Shown here: in pieces, positions 9,523 to 20,482 of the stretch
How the letters are laid out: each line of letters opens with the position of its first letter
How positions within the stretch are numbered: position 1 is the first letter of the stretch
Assembly: GCA_964019425.1 (NCBI GenBank)
Contig: OZ025799.1
Location: forward strand, 186,001 to 250,000
Direction of reading: 5' to 3'
Origin: Flectonema sp. DT1601
Taxonomy: Eukaryota
DNA: 64,000 nt
Program-made: the position numbers and the translations under genes
Notes under the pieces: model-generated
Seen by the model: the letters and a program-made list of their open reading frames with translations, nothing else
Databases searched by the model: none
What the model was told of the DNA's origin: nothing

Positions 9523-11736
9523 TCAAGTTACCCCGTCAAAAGTAGAGTGTGGTGATAGATAAGAATAGTTACGTTTATTAGAATGCGTAGATCCTTTGTG
9601 GGTGTGACCTCTCGTAGTTTTATTTTGCTTTCGTTCTGCCTGAACATGTTGTCTATATGATAATCGTAAGATTCTGTCATCAGTATCGATGTCTTCAAGA
9701 CACTGATCTAAAGAATCAGAGTAGTCATCACCACTTTCAGAAATATGAATCCCAGCTAGTGATTCAAAGTCAGAATCAGAAACAGAACAGCTGCTCGGTA
9801 ATCTAAGACGTGGAGAGTCTGATTGACTGCTACCTCCCTTTGTTGGAGTGTTTTCAATTTCAGTTAAGACATCTTTTCTCTTTCTAAGAGATTTTAAAAG
9901 TCTTCCCAAAACATGAATATGGTCCCCAGTTACAGTTACAAGTTCCTCAGTTTGGGTTTGTTGTACCTCAGCAACAGAATGCATTACTACGTGATGACAT
10001 CTTTTTAAGAAAGGTGATGATCTTCTGTGTAACGATCGTAATGATGATGGGCTTCTAAGAACAGGTGTCGGATACGTTGGAATTTCCAACTTAGACACAG
10101 CAACGTTCATACCCTGACGAAGTGCTTCAATGAAACGAAGGCTCTGAGAACACCATTTTGAGTATTCTTGCGGAAAATTAAAAGGAAATCGATCACATCC
10201 CCTACCTGGAGGCATTCGAATTCCCAAAGATTTCAAAGTTTTTCCAATACGCTTTGCTTCATAAAAAGGATAAGTTAAATAATTGACGAATTCTAAAAAC
10301 TTATCGAGACTGTATTCTTGTCGGTCGTGTCCACCAGTTTTACAGCTACACTTTTCAGGTAGTGATGGATGCTTTGATAATTGATCAGCGGTAGGTCTTT
10401 TATTAGAATCGACAATCAAGCAATCCTTTATGAACGTTAATATTTCCGTTGATAACGTTGCAGGAACTCGAAAGTCAGAAATACAACTCGGATGAAACAA
10501 GCAGTCCCTCTGAACGCCAATAAATTCATCCGGCCAGGGTCCACTTTTATGAGGTGTCGCCAACACTAATAACGTCAGTCCCAAAGACCAAACATCAGCA
10601 GCGCTAGTAACACGACTACCACCTTCAGTTGATGTCGTGCTGCTGTCGTCAAGAAGCCCTTGTCTTGTATCCAACATCGATCTACCAATTCCAGCAAGCT
10701 CAGGTGCTTTATAAATCCTTGTACACATTATATAAGGAGACATCGCGTGTGTTATACCTTCATTTTTAGTACCTCTTTTGCTTGTTCCGAAATCTGCTAA
10801 TTTCACTTTCCCAAACCGATTAACTAAAATATTTGAAGGCTTCACATCTTTATGAATTATCGAACACTGATTCATACGCTGCAATCCGCATGTTATTTGC
10901 TTAAATATATTGAGAAGGACTGATTCTGGGAGAGTACCAGCAGAAGAAGAGTCCAACAAAATTGTTTCATCGCAGTCATGACGAGTGTGTTCGTCACAAT
11001 TGCAAGCACAGTTTTCAAAATATGGTTTATAATGAAATAATCCATTACGAGATCCTACGATTGTGAGAATCGCGATAGCAGCTGAAATGTAAGGAGTTAG
11101 AGAAACTTGTATTCCTTCACCAGGAAATGATGGAGGAAAGCGAGTCGATATACGATTTAGGATTCGTTGGTCAATTAAAGAAACGTGAGACTGAAGATCA
11201 CTCAATGCAAGCTCCATGTATTCTAAAACAAATTCAACAGTTTTTTGTTCAGTTCCCGAAAGTCTGATTCCAAATAAACGTACAAAGTGAGGAGAGCTGC
11301 GAAATAATCTATTCACCTCACCTTCAACTGATGCAGCTACACCATGTCTTGCTGTCTCATCGATAACCATCTCAGCTACTGGTTCTAAATTAGATGACTT
11401 CCCAGGTGTTATTGTTATTTCCTTACGAACAAAGTATTCTCTTTTCTTTTGGTAGCCCGGTGCTCTGAATCGGTATATCGATCCTTGTGCTCCTCGTCCT
11501 ATCTTTTCTTCGCTTCCCTTCCGCTTCGCTATATCTAAATAATAAAATAGACACTGTGCGCACCCCGCCTCGTTGCATTTTTTTGAATGCAATATATTAG
11601 CACCTTGGGCCCCATCCGTCGCTGTTTTCACGATGCTGCCCTTCTCTGTGATGACAACACTACAATTAGCTTCTTGAACTGTGACTCGGTTGTCGGTAAT
11701 TTGGACGGAATCCTGGTACCAAGACTCATCCGTCAT
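9523..11736 (-). CDS. Ser/Thr protein kinase, STE/MAP2K-like
   Basis: IGRGAQGSIY Gly loop, VRK lysine, HKDVKPSNILVN, DFG, YKAPE, DVWSLG and KRPTA motifs, then a long low-complexity C-terminal tail. Confidence 0.85.
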   Translation of the reverse strand: MTDESWYQDSVQITDNRVTVQEANCSVVITEKGSIVKTATDGAQGANILHSKKCNEAGCAQCLFYYLDIAKRKGSEEKIGRGAQGSIYRFRAPGYQKKREYFVRKEITITPGKSSNLEPVAEMVIDETARHGVAASVEGEVNRLFRSSPHFVRLFGIRLSGTEQKTVEFVLEYMELALSDLQSHVSLIDQRILNRISTRFPPSFPGEGIQVSLTPYISAAIAILTIVGSRNGLFHYKPYFENCACNCDEHTRHDCDETILLDSSSAGTLPESVLLNIFKQITCGLQRMNQCSIIHKDVKPSNILVNRFGKVKLADFGTSKRGTKNEGITHAMSPYIMCTRIYKAPELAGIGRSMLDTRQGLLDDSSTTSTEGGSRVTSAADVWSLGLTLLVLATPHKSGPWPDEFIGVQRDCLFHPSCISDFRVPATLSTEILTFIKDCLIVDSNKRPTADQLSKHPSLPEKCSCKTGGHDRQEYSLDKFLEFVNYLTYPFYEAKRIGKTLKSLGIRMPPGRGCDRFPFNFPQEYSKWCSQSLRFIEALRQGMNVAVSKLEIPTYPTPVLRSPSSLRSLHRRSSPFLKRCHHVVMHSVAEVQQTQTEELVTVTGDHIHVLGRLLKSLRKRKDVLTEIENTPTKGGSSQSDSPRLRLPSSCSVSDSDFESLAGIHISESGDDYSDSLDQCLEDIDTDDRILRLSYRQHVQAERKQNKTTRGHTHKGSTHSNKRNYSYLSPHSTFDGVT

Positions 11737-11915
11737 TTGTTGTTCGTCAACGCCTGTTGTGGGAACATGCTCTCATTCTTTATATCAACTTATATAAAAT
11801 TGTCAGTAGTACTTCCCTTTACGATAAAGGGTAGCTAGCAACACTACAAAGACCAGAAAGGTTAAGCGCAGTGATTGAAGACAGAATTTGACTACCAGAG
11901 GCAGCATACTAAAGT

Positions 11916-13202
11916 CTAATGATTTTTTCTCATTTGAAATGATGAATCAAATGCGAATCCTTTCTTTCTCAACTGTTTTGCACTTTCTGATGTTGGAAGA
12001 TCACGATCAGGCATGTATGGATTCATTCCTAACTCTTGAACAGCTCGTCTCTCTGTTTTATAAGTAGTTATAGACCCCTCGACTAATAACAATGTAAGAA
12101 TACTCTTAGCTGATGCATAATCAGTTGTGTCTATAAGGAAATCAATGTATGCTTCCCAAAATAAAGGAGATGTACGCATGTGAGAAATACAACGTGACTG
12201 AATGTCCTCAACAATTTCTTTGCAGAGTACGCGCAGTGATTCAACTTCTTTATCGATTGATTCTCCGTCACTAGGACGGCTCTCTTTATCTTTTAATAAG
12301 TTCATCGAAACTCCTCTGAGAATTAATATAATGTAAACTCCTTCAGCTACTGTTGGAGGGTGATGGTATTTCAGTTTTTTTTTGTATATTCCAAGTCCAA
12401 TTTCGTACAACTTATACTTACATAATACCCTCAAAGGTTCATAACCAAGTGCCCTGGCCATCCCAACGTGGTGTTTGTTCATTAGCCTTTCCAGCATTGA
12501 AAACTTTTCTTGAAAATCTTTAGCATCGGCACTGAGTCGGTTAAATAACTTCAACATCGCCAACCAGTGAAAGGGAAGAACAGTAACGTCATTGCTTAAG
12601 CACCATTCTAGTAAGTTGGTGGCGCTATTCTCGTCCTCTGAGACTTGTAGAAGGGATATGTAGTGTTGGCCTCCAGGTTTGTGCCTTTTGTCAATCATTT
12701 CTTTAAATATTAACAGGCATTTTGTCTTTGCCTCAGGCTGCGTTAATATTCCAGCTTCCATATCCTTGACTGCCAGTCCCATGACTGCACCATAGCAGTG
12801 TGAGTCTGGATAGATCCTCTCTTTCTTCATGAGTTTCCATATTCTCATCATATCAAGAGCAGTGTTAGGGAAGTTGTCGTATCTTGTTAGGTATGTTCTG
12901 AGAACGTATGAATAGGTTTCGGTACTTCCTTTTATTTTATCTGTTTGCATCCATTCTAATAGAGTGTTACAATGATGAACAGATCCTAATCTTCTGTACA
13001 AGCTTAGTGCCATATTGTAGTGAACTAATCCGACACAACTCGCTTTCCGTCGTTCACTTTCTATCAGAGATAACACTTCACTGCTGATAGACGATGCGTG
13101 AGATAAAACTCGACTTCCACTCTCTCGTCTTGACACCTTTACATTAGCAATAGACTTCGCTAGGTAGGCTACGAGATTCTTATTCTGGTGTAAAGCAGCC
13201 AT
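11916..13202 (-). CDS. Pentatricopeptide-repeat (PPR)-like protein, probably mitochondrial
   Basis: PPR-like helical repeats (HYNMALSLY...LLEWMQTDKI; TYSYVLRTY...IWKLMKKERIYPDSHCYGAVM; IFKEMIDKRHKP...HYISLL) and a basic, Ser-rich N-terminus. Confidence 0.65.
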   Translation of the reverse strand: MAALHQNKNLVAYLAKSIANVKVSRRESGSRVLSHASSISSEVLSLIESERRKASCVGLVHYNMALSLYRRLGSVHHCNTLLEWMQTDKIKGSTETYSYVLRTYLTRYDNFPNTALDMMRIWKLMKKERIYPDSHCYGAVMGLAVKDMEAGILTQPEAKTKCLLIFKEMIDKRHKPGGQHYISLLQVSEDENSATNLLEWCLSNDVTVLPFHWLAMLKLFNRLSADAKDFQEKFSMLERLMNKHHVGMARALGYEPLRVLCKYKLYEIGLGIYKKKLKYHHPPTVAEGVYIILILRGVSMNLLKDKESRPSDGESIDKEVESLRVLCKEIVEDIQSRCISHMRTSPLFWEAYIDFLIDTTDYASAKSILTLLLVEGSITTYKTERRAVQELGMNPYMPDRDLPTSESAKQLRKKGFAFDSSFQMRKNH

Positions 13203-13462
13203 TTTACATATTGTTGTACCGCCTGCGCGTAACGAACGGTTTCATTATTAATATCTACAAACATTTCACCATTAGTTAGATCTCTCTGTACGCGACATTT
13301 AATGTACTGCTTCCCCTTAATATAAAAATAAATGAAGTACATTATGCTCATAAGACACAAATAATTATGTTGTGAAAATCTAACAATAAACAAAGTACGA
13401 TGTACCACCTGTGGTACATCGTTTAATGTTTTATCTATTTAGGCAGCTAGTAAATTAGTACC

Positions 13463-14047
13463 CTACTCAGGGACACACTCATCGTGGTACGACTGTCCTC
13501 CTAAAGTTGTGTATTTGTTGCATAATATTTGACTGCCGCATTCCCCACAGATAGGAAAATGAATTTGTTTGAAATTATTAACGCAATGAGGATGGAGTAA
13601 TGCTTGTCCGAATGTTAATGGATCTGAGAGAGTGACACCTTCACTGTTGACTGGTTTGTTGCAAAGACTGCAGTTCAGATTTAATTCAATTTCACAGCGA
13701 GCGTGGACGACTAATTTCTTTCCGTCAACTTCGACTGTTACTTTTTCTTTATTAATTGGATACTTACAAAGATCACAACTTACGATACTTCTATCAGTTG
13801 TGAATGACCCAACGCACTCTGGATGAACCTTTCCTTGTAATCTATCTGACTTGCATCTGCTGTAGCCATCTCTCATCTGTTTGCCGCAGTAGTCGCATTC
13901 AAGAGCTCTGTCATCGATATATCCTAATTTACATTGTCTGTGTAGTTTAGCAGTTTCACCATCAAGTTCATATAACAGATATTTTCCAATTAAATCACCT
14001 CCGCAGTGATCGCAACTCGGAATCGATTGTTCAACAGCTCTTCTCAT
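13463..14047 (-). CDS. Protein of five tandem CxxC...HxxC (half-LIM-like) zinc fingers
   Basis: CDHC..HRQC, CDYC..HPEC, CDLC..HARC, CSLC..HPHC, CGEC..HDEC. Confidence 0.75.
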   Translation of the reverse strand: MRRAVEQSIPSCDHCGGDLIGKYLLYELDGETAKLHRQCKLGYIDDRALECDYCGKQMRDGYSRCKSDRLQGKVHPECVGSFTTDRSIVSCDLCKYPINKEKVTVEVDGKKLVVHARCEIELNLNCSLCNKPVNSEGVTLSDPLTFGQALLHPHCVNNFKQIHFPICGECGSQILCNKYTTLGGQSYHDECVPE

Positions 14048-14163
14048 TAAATTATAAACATTATCATACGCATGCTGAGAATAGAAATGAGAGTATTAAA
14101 AAAAAACGGACCTTTTTAATAATATAAATTAACTAAACGATAAGTGTAAGTGATTAGAAATAT

Positions 14164-15528
14164 CTATTTCGCAAAAAAAGACAACGCAGCTTCTTCATAA
14201 GGGATGATTGTTGGAGTGTTTGCGATGGATTCTTCTGTTGATTGAAATGACTGATGAAGATCATCTCCGATGAGAATCATTTTATTGGTTTTGACAACTG
14301 GAGTCTCACACAGTCTTCGAAGGAATGAAATCGTCGCAGACTTTGGTTTTGAACTACTCAACGCTATCGGTCCCACCATAAGACCGGACTTGGCAGATGC
14401 AAAGTCACAAAACAGTTTTTCCTCAGATGCCGGTCCGATTCCCGTATACGTCCCAACAGCCGGAATGGGTAGTTTTGTCGATACTTCCGTCTTCTTTTTC
14501 CCTTTTGTTCTTTTTACCGTATATCGATGATCCAACGATGATATTATTTTACGATTTAATTGCTGTGCAAAAAGTAAAATTCCACGCATCGCTTTTTGTT
14601 CGCTTTCCGTGAATGGGGTGCACGTCGGGGAAGAAACCCCGTTTTCCAGAAACACATCACTATTACCTTCACAATTTGCATGTAGCAATGACAATCTACC
14701 TCCAAAGTGGACAGAACTTGCGATACATACGCACTGGATGATTGCTTCAAATAATATTGCGCTAATCGATGATGAAAAACAAGAGAAGTACGCAACAAAT
14801 GGCTGAGGAGGATCATGGTTAAGTGATAGGAGAGCATTTCTAAAACTACCATGTTGAAAACCAAAGCAATGCCTTTCACATGTTTTAAGTAGAGTTGTAG
14901 TTGTTGCATACGGCAAGTGATGCGTTTCGAATGACTCGTTGATGAAAACATCACATTTAGAACTGAGCATCATTGCGAAATCTTTATTGCAATTTAGTTC
15001 TTCGTTTAGAAGTAATAAATTATCAACTACTTCAACACCAGCAGGTTGCATCATCGACATCGCTGAGGATAGCTCACTGGGATGATCTACAACTATGATG
15101 TCAGAATCAACGAGTGTTTGTAGATACTGTTCTGCCACTCCTCTTACACCTGGTCTCGGGCTATTTGGTTGGTTTACATTAACTAAATGAACTAACAGAC
15201 AAAGTGAAGACTGCGCAATCACTGTATTTAACGTTCGTATTACTTGTCCTGATAAAGGGATCACTCTCTGTTTAGAATCGTCAAGTTCAATCCCGAGTGA
15301 AATCTGTAAAATAACTCTTTTTCTTGCAATTAAAGTACTATCAATCATTGCTGTCATTTCTCTTGATTGTTTTAAAACGTGAAGCATTCCACCCACCACA
15401 TTTCTTGGCATTTCTTTTACAAGATAGCCAACAGCTTTGTCCATGAGATCCACAAAGTCCTCTTCTGCTTGTGTTGGATGGGTCGACTCTTTAATTGGAC
15501 TATTGTCTTCACTATGTAGTTCCTCCAT
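14164..15528 (-). CDS. Divergent, probably inactive phosphoglycerate-kinase-fold protein with N-terminal RIIa/Dpy-30-like docking domain
   Basis: ATG at 15528. PGK-like segments occur in PGK order: KRVILQISLGI, VVDNLL..NEE...KDFAMMLSSKCDVFINESF, PPQPFVAY, GIGPASE..F...ASAKSGLMVGP, ILIGDD. The N-terminal LMDKAVGYLVKEMPRNVVGGML helix pair is D/D-like. Confidence 0.65.
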   Translation of the reverse strand: MEELHSEDNSPIKESTHPTQAEEDFVDLMDKAVGYLVKEMPRNVVGGMLHVLKQSREMTAMIDSTLIARKRVILQISLGIELDDSKQRVIPLSGQVIRTLNTVIAQSSLCLLVHLVNVNQPNSPRPGVRGVAEQYLQTLVDSDIIVVDHPSELSSAMSMMQPAGVEVVDNLLLLNEELNCNKDFAMMLSSKCDVFINESFETHHLPYATTTTLLKTCERHCFGFQHGSFRNALLSLNHDPPQPFVAYFSCFSSSISAILFEAIIQCVCIASSVHFGGRLSLLHANCEGNSDVFLENGVSSPTCTPFTESEQKAMRGILLFAQQLNRKIISSLDHRYTVKRTKGKKKTEVSTKLPIPAVGTYTGIGPASEEKLFCDFASAKSGLMVGPIALSSSKPKSATISFLRRLCETPVVKTNKMILIGDDLHQSFQSTEESIANTPTIIPYEEAALSFFAK

Positions 15529-15831
15529 AGTCAATCAACAGGTCTATTCATGCACGTATTTAGTTGACAAACATAACCTGTGTAGAAAGTTATAATATTA
15601 AATCAGTTTTTTTTTCTGAATGAATGCGACAAAACAAAAATAAATAAAACGACTGACGCCGCGATGTTAATTACTTTTTGTATTACGGGGATGGCCTAAT
15701 GGGAATGTGGGCAGTATTTTTTATTATTATTTTTTTTTTATAATTCCGTTTTGTACTTTCGACAAAAAAAAGCAACCAGAGTGGGGATCTATTTGTTTGT
15801 GTGAGACAACCCAAAAAAAAAAATCGCGGGA

Positions 15832-17361
15832 CTATATTGCAGTAAAATGTTGCCTTAACTGTTTCCTGAGTTCTAGTGACTCAGTGTGGTCGGGGTACTG
15901 TTCTAGTGCTTTCATTGTCAGTGTGTAAGCTTCTTGAAAATCACCTAATTTAAAAGCGAGTAGCCCACCATTAAATAAAGGTTCATGAACATGCGGATTC
16001 AATCGCGTGGCAGTCTGAAAACAAGAACGAGCCTGATCAACGTGTGTTTTTCTAAGTTCTAAGATACCCAAATTATTAAAAGATTCACTGTGACTGCTAT
16101 CAACTGAAATAGCAACCTTAAAGGCTTGGTATGCAAGTCCTAAATCTCCGATTCCAATGGCTACTTGACCAATATTGTACCAAATGTCTGCCATGTTATC
16201 GTCAGAACTTAAAGCCAACGCTCGCTCAAAGCAACTGAGAGTCATGTCGTATTGAGATGCGTAGAAGCAACAGAGTCCTAAATTATTCCAAAGTTCTGTA
16301 TTTGTTACGCCCATCTGAAGTAGTCTTCGATAAAGTCTGAGTGCTATCTCTGGCTGGTCTTCGTAAAAGTGATTAGCAGCAAGACAAGCAATCGCCTCAG
16401 AGTTGGAGCTGTCGAGAGCAAGAACTTGTTTATAATACTTCACGGAGCTGGTCGTGTTATTTAATTGCTCATGAATTCTAGCTTGAGCTAATATCAAATG
16501 AGTATCATGCGGATGCTTCTCAACTCCTTTATCAAACAATTCTAACGCTGTGAGAGGCTGGTCTAGTCTGTGAAATACCTTCCCTAACTCTAAGCACGTC
16601 ACGATCATTTCTTGGTTCTTTAAACTGCTTTTAAATTGTTTTTCTGCATCTCTGTAGAGTCCAAGTTGATATAAACACTTCCCCAGTCTAGCTTTCCACC
16701 ACCAGTCGTTGTATTCAGCTGCTTTTGTGGCTTCTGCTCCTAACTCGAGAGCTTTCATGGGGTTATGGTCGTGGTATAGAATGAAATCGCAAAGAACTTT
16801 TGCAAGGGGAGGTCGTTGAGCGTACTTCTTCATGTCGAGTCGATCAACGTTGATGAATGGACCTCCAGGTTCAGATTTCATACTGGCGGTACCGAGACGA
16901 ACAAATCTTCCGACAGAAGTAACAGGTCTTGCAGAACCTGTTGTTGTTGATCCTTGAAAGGCTGCTTCAACATTACCAGACTTAGATCCTGGTCTTGATT
17001 GAGTTCCTGGACGTAAAAATCCAGTTTGTAACCTTCCCCCTGTAGAAGGTCTCACTGCTTGTGATCCAGTAGAAGCAGCGCTGTTGGGTCTTTCGAATGA
17101 CGTACCTGGTCTCGGCATGTTGCTCATCGCATTCTCATCGAGAAGTAGCTCCGCAACACCTTCGTCTTCCATTTCTGTATCGTCGATCCAATTCTTCTGA
17201 GTCAAAGCCCTGGCTTTGATGTACCAAACTTGTTTATCATAAGGATTATGTTCAAGTATTTCTGTACAGATGTCAATAGCAGCATCGAATTTTCTCCTTC
17301 TGAGTAAACTGAGAGCATACACCGCACGGTCTAAACTATTCTTACTGGGAGGTTCTGTCAT
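15832..17361 (-). CDS. BBS8: Bardet-Biedl syndrome 8 protein (TTC8), BBSome subunit
   Basis: Conserved PRPGTS, TGFLRPGT, RPVTSVGRFVRLGTASM, DWWWKARLGKC, LYRRLLQMG, ELWNNLGLCCFYASQYDMTL and TPR repeats. Confidence 0.96.
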   Translation of the reverse strand: MTEPPSKNSLDRAVYALSLLRRRKFDAAIDICTEILEHNPYDKQVWYIKARALTQKNWIDDTEMEDEGVAELLLDENAMSNMPRPGTSFERPNSAASTGSQAVRPSTGGRLQTGFLRPGTQSRPGSKSGNVEAAFQGSTTTGSARPVTSVGRFVRLGTASMKSEPGGPFINVDRLDMKKYAQRPPLAKVLCDFILYHDHNPMKALELGAEATKAAEYNDWWWKARLGKCLYQLGLYRDAEKQFKSSLKNQEMIVTCLELGKVFHRLDQPLTALELFDKGVEKHPHDTHLILAQARIHEQLNNTTSSVKYYKQVLALDSSNSEAIACLAANHFYEDQPEIALRLYRRLLQMGVTNTELWNNLGLCCFYASQYDMTLSCFERALALSSDDNMADIWYNIGQVAIGIGDLGLAYQAFKVAISVDSSHSESFNNLGILELRKTHVDQARSCFQTATRLNPHVHEPLFNGGLLAFKLGDFQEAYTLTMKALEQYPDHTESLELRKQLRQHFTAI

Positions 17362-18023
17362 TTTCGTGGTATTGTTTTGACTGCAACTACGAGAAGTAAC
17401 AATTCAGTGATGATTCATAACATAAATAATATTAACTACCTCTTTGTCTTAAATATCATATCTCGTCCTCTGTTATTAATGAGTTATTGAATTAGTACTG
17501 TAGCTCGTTTGATAATAATCCCAGGCAACAGATTATAAATACGAACTGTAAACAAAATGGAAGCAACTCCCAACAACACACGAAAAAGAAATGTAAGAAA
17601 GGTTCTGGAAATATAACAAACTTTGCTATGCATTGCGCGAAACAAGAAATCACTTTTTTTTTTTTAAATTTTTTTTTTTTTTTTTTTGGTTCCTTTTTTT
17701 TTTTTTTCCTTTCCCACTTTTTGTTGTCTATTTTGTGCTAAGATTCGGGAGATCAGCGTTATTTTATACGCAAAAATAAAAAAAATAATAATAATAATAA
17801 TAACTCACACATGGGGCAAAAACTAAATTTCACGGCTTATACCTAACAGCAGCAAGCTGATTTTTATATTAACTTCATCCTTGGAGCCTCTATGCTGTTT
17901 GCTAACAAGCAACACTGTAGTTTCAGTCGTCGCTGTTCTTTTTTTCTACATCGACAAGAACCTGTAGGACAGAAATATATTGCGTAGTATCCCTCTACAT
18001 GGTGATTAAGTTGATTAATTGCT

Positions 18024-18543
18024 CTAGGATATTCCAATGAACTTTTTAATAGTTTTCCTCCCAATGTCTAATGGCATGTATGATAAACCATACCAAATAA
18101 GTGAGGCATACTGAATAATACAAAATAAAATAACAATAGCAACGTTTGCAATCCAGAATGCTGCAATAAGTGTCCACACCATTGTAACCAGCAGGATAAC
18201 TGTTACCTCGAGTCGAGTGTCTAAGAACATTCTCTTTAGTTGTTTCATTGGTCCCATGAAGAAACAACTTCCACTTATGGAAATCACGTTTGCAAGTGAG
18301 CAAAATACCCCAAACTGAACATAGTCACGGGATATGATTGCGAGCCACGACATCAGTGAGAGAACCAAACCCAACCCAACACAAACAAAAAATCCAATTG
18401 CCCTGTTTCATTAATTTTTTTTTTTTTTTTTGATACTACCACTACGATACTTTGATTGATAACAAAAACAAAACATACCGCTGCTTCATCGTCAATTTCG
18501 GGCACATGTTTTCCTCATCATCTCCAGTGATACCGCTTAGCAT
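18024..18543 (-). CDS. SFT2: Vesicle transport protein SFT2-like (two exons)
   Basis: Exon 1 18479-18543 (MLSGITGDDEENMCPKLTMKQR), 76-bp GTATGT..ACAG intron 18403-18478, exon 2 18024-18402 with FMGPMKQLKRMF...R and WYGLSYMP, as in the Got1/Sft2 family. Confidence 0.85.
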
Positions 18544-20482
18544 TTTACTGTTGGATGCTAAACAAGAAATTATTATTATTATTGTTATTTATTTATCGAA
18601 ATCAGGTATCATTCTGCGCGTTGTGTATCGTTTAGTGTTTTGTTTTGTTTTGTTTTCTGGAATACAATGTACATTAATATTGATCATAAGTAATAAACGA
18701 GAGCTTAACTAAAATAGTAAATAACTGTTGGGTTTGTGGGACGGAGGGAAGGGAAGATGCCGAAGAACAGGGAAAAAAAAAAAAAAAAAAAAAATGAAAC
18801 AAAGTGAGAGTTTTTTTTTTTAGCTAAAAGATTATTTCAGTGAATTATTAATTAATTTAATTTTTTTTTTTTTTTCTTCTTTTTTTTTCCCCCACACAGC
18901 AACGTAAAATCGTAAAATCAAAAAAGTTTTGTTCGATCCTCCAAAAAAGCATGTCATGTTATGAGATACCACAACACTTCATAAGCTACCGATGCCATCA
19001 TATGCAAGTTGGGTGATTGTTTCTTTATTGCTACTGCCTACAATCAGAATTCACAACAACAGTCTCTTCACGACAATCTCTTCATGTAAAAGACTCCTGA
19101 TGTGTATCTCAAGGTAATTACGAGCAATAAAGGTTTTTAAAAAAAAAAATGATTTAAATCGCAAAAAAAATAAAATAAAATAAAAAACATAATATTATAA
19201 AGATATATAAAAGAAAAGACAAAAACATATTTGGTTTTTTTTTTTTATACCAAAAATCTTATCATATGCAAAAAATTATTCAGACAAAGCCTTACATTTT
19301 GTTGAGCGGACAGAATTACTGGCGACACAACAGATAAAAAACGGCTCTTAATTTAAATAGTTTCTTCTCCGACTTCGTCGGTGCAAAGGAAAAAAAAAGA
19401 AGAAAAAAATTAGGGGAAAAAAAAAGACGAATTTATATATTATATATAAAAATAGTTCTACCCATCCCAGTAGCGAGTGAACATCCCAAGCGTTCGACAA
19501 GTGTCCTGGAATTGGTGGTATTTTTGATTATTTTTTCCCTCCCCTCTTTTATTGAAGTGTAGTAATGTTGTTAGGTGTAACATCATAGTTAGTAAAAAAA
19601 AAATAAAAATTAAAAAAATTTAAAAAAAAAGTGAGTAATTAAAAATAGAAAAATGTGGGTAACAATTACAATGAAATACCAGGCAGGCTGAATACGTTTG
19701 TTCAGAGTACGTTTCCCAGTAGCTGACAGAAAAAGCAACACCACACTTATCGAATCGAGTGAGAAATTTCGCAAATTTTTTTTTTTTTCTTTCTTGCAAT
19801 GGTTGATGTGGGAGAACAATAAAAAAAACAACACCTTCGTGTTGTTCAATGAGGACAACAAGAAGAATGTCCTCCGAAACACTTTCAGCAATCTATGAAA
19901 ACTCCGGTTATTCGCACTGTAAGAGGTTGGTAGAATATGTGCGCGAAACCGTTTTGAGTTGTCAATGTTCAGCTTTTGATAAAATTGTCAACAGTCGTAT
20001 AACAAAATACTCACAGCACTCATTTGGTAAACGGAAGAGGGGTTGGAAAGGGTTATTAACAATCAGACAGCGTCCGCTCGGCAGAGTCAGGGAAATGAAA
20101 ATTTTCCTGACTGAAAGGGGAGGTGAAAGGATTAACAAAAAAAAGAAAAAAAAATATCGAAAATCTCCTACTTTTAAAAAAACCGACACTAATTAACCCA
20201 AACATAAGTAAGTGAATCATGCTCCTATTATTAAGCACTTGAAAACACAAAAAAAAAAAAAAAAAAAAAAAAAAACAGAATAAAAAAACGCTGAAGGGTC
20301 ATTTATGTTTAAAGGTTAGATAAAATCATCGTAGCAAATAAAATTTAAATTGCTTTGATAATTTTATTCATTAACAATGACGAAGACTACTGTCTTCTTT
20401 AAAGTAGCAATGCCGCCTTGTGACCAAACTCCAGAAGTGGGCAACAATGTGATAACTTGCTGGTATCTATGAAGAAAGTTAA

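Noticed and set aside
19610..20250. Lys/Phe-rich short ORFs here and at 23135-23372, 26835-27174, 28353-28751, 38769-40896, 57975-58205, 59636-60087 and 63424-63690
   Set aside because: Produced by poly-A/T tracts; no protein-like features.
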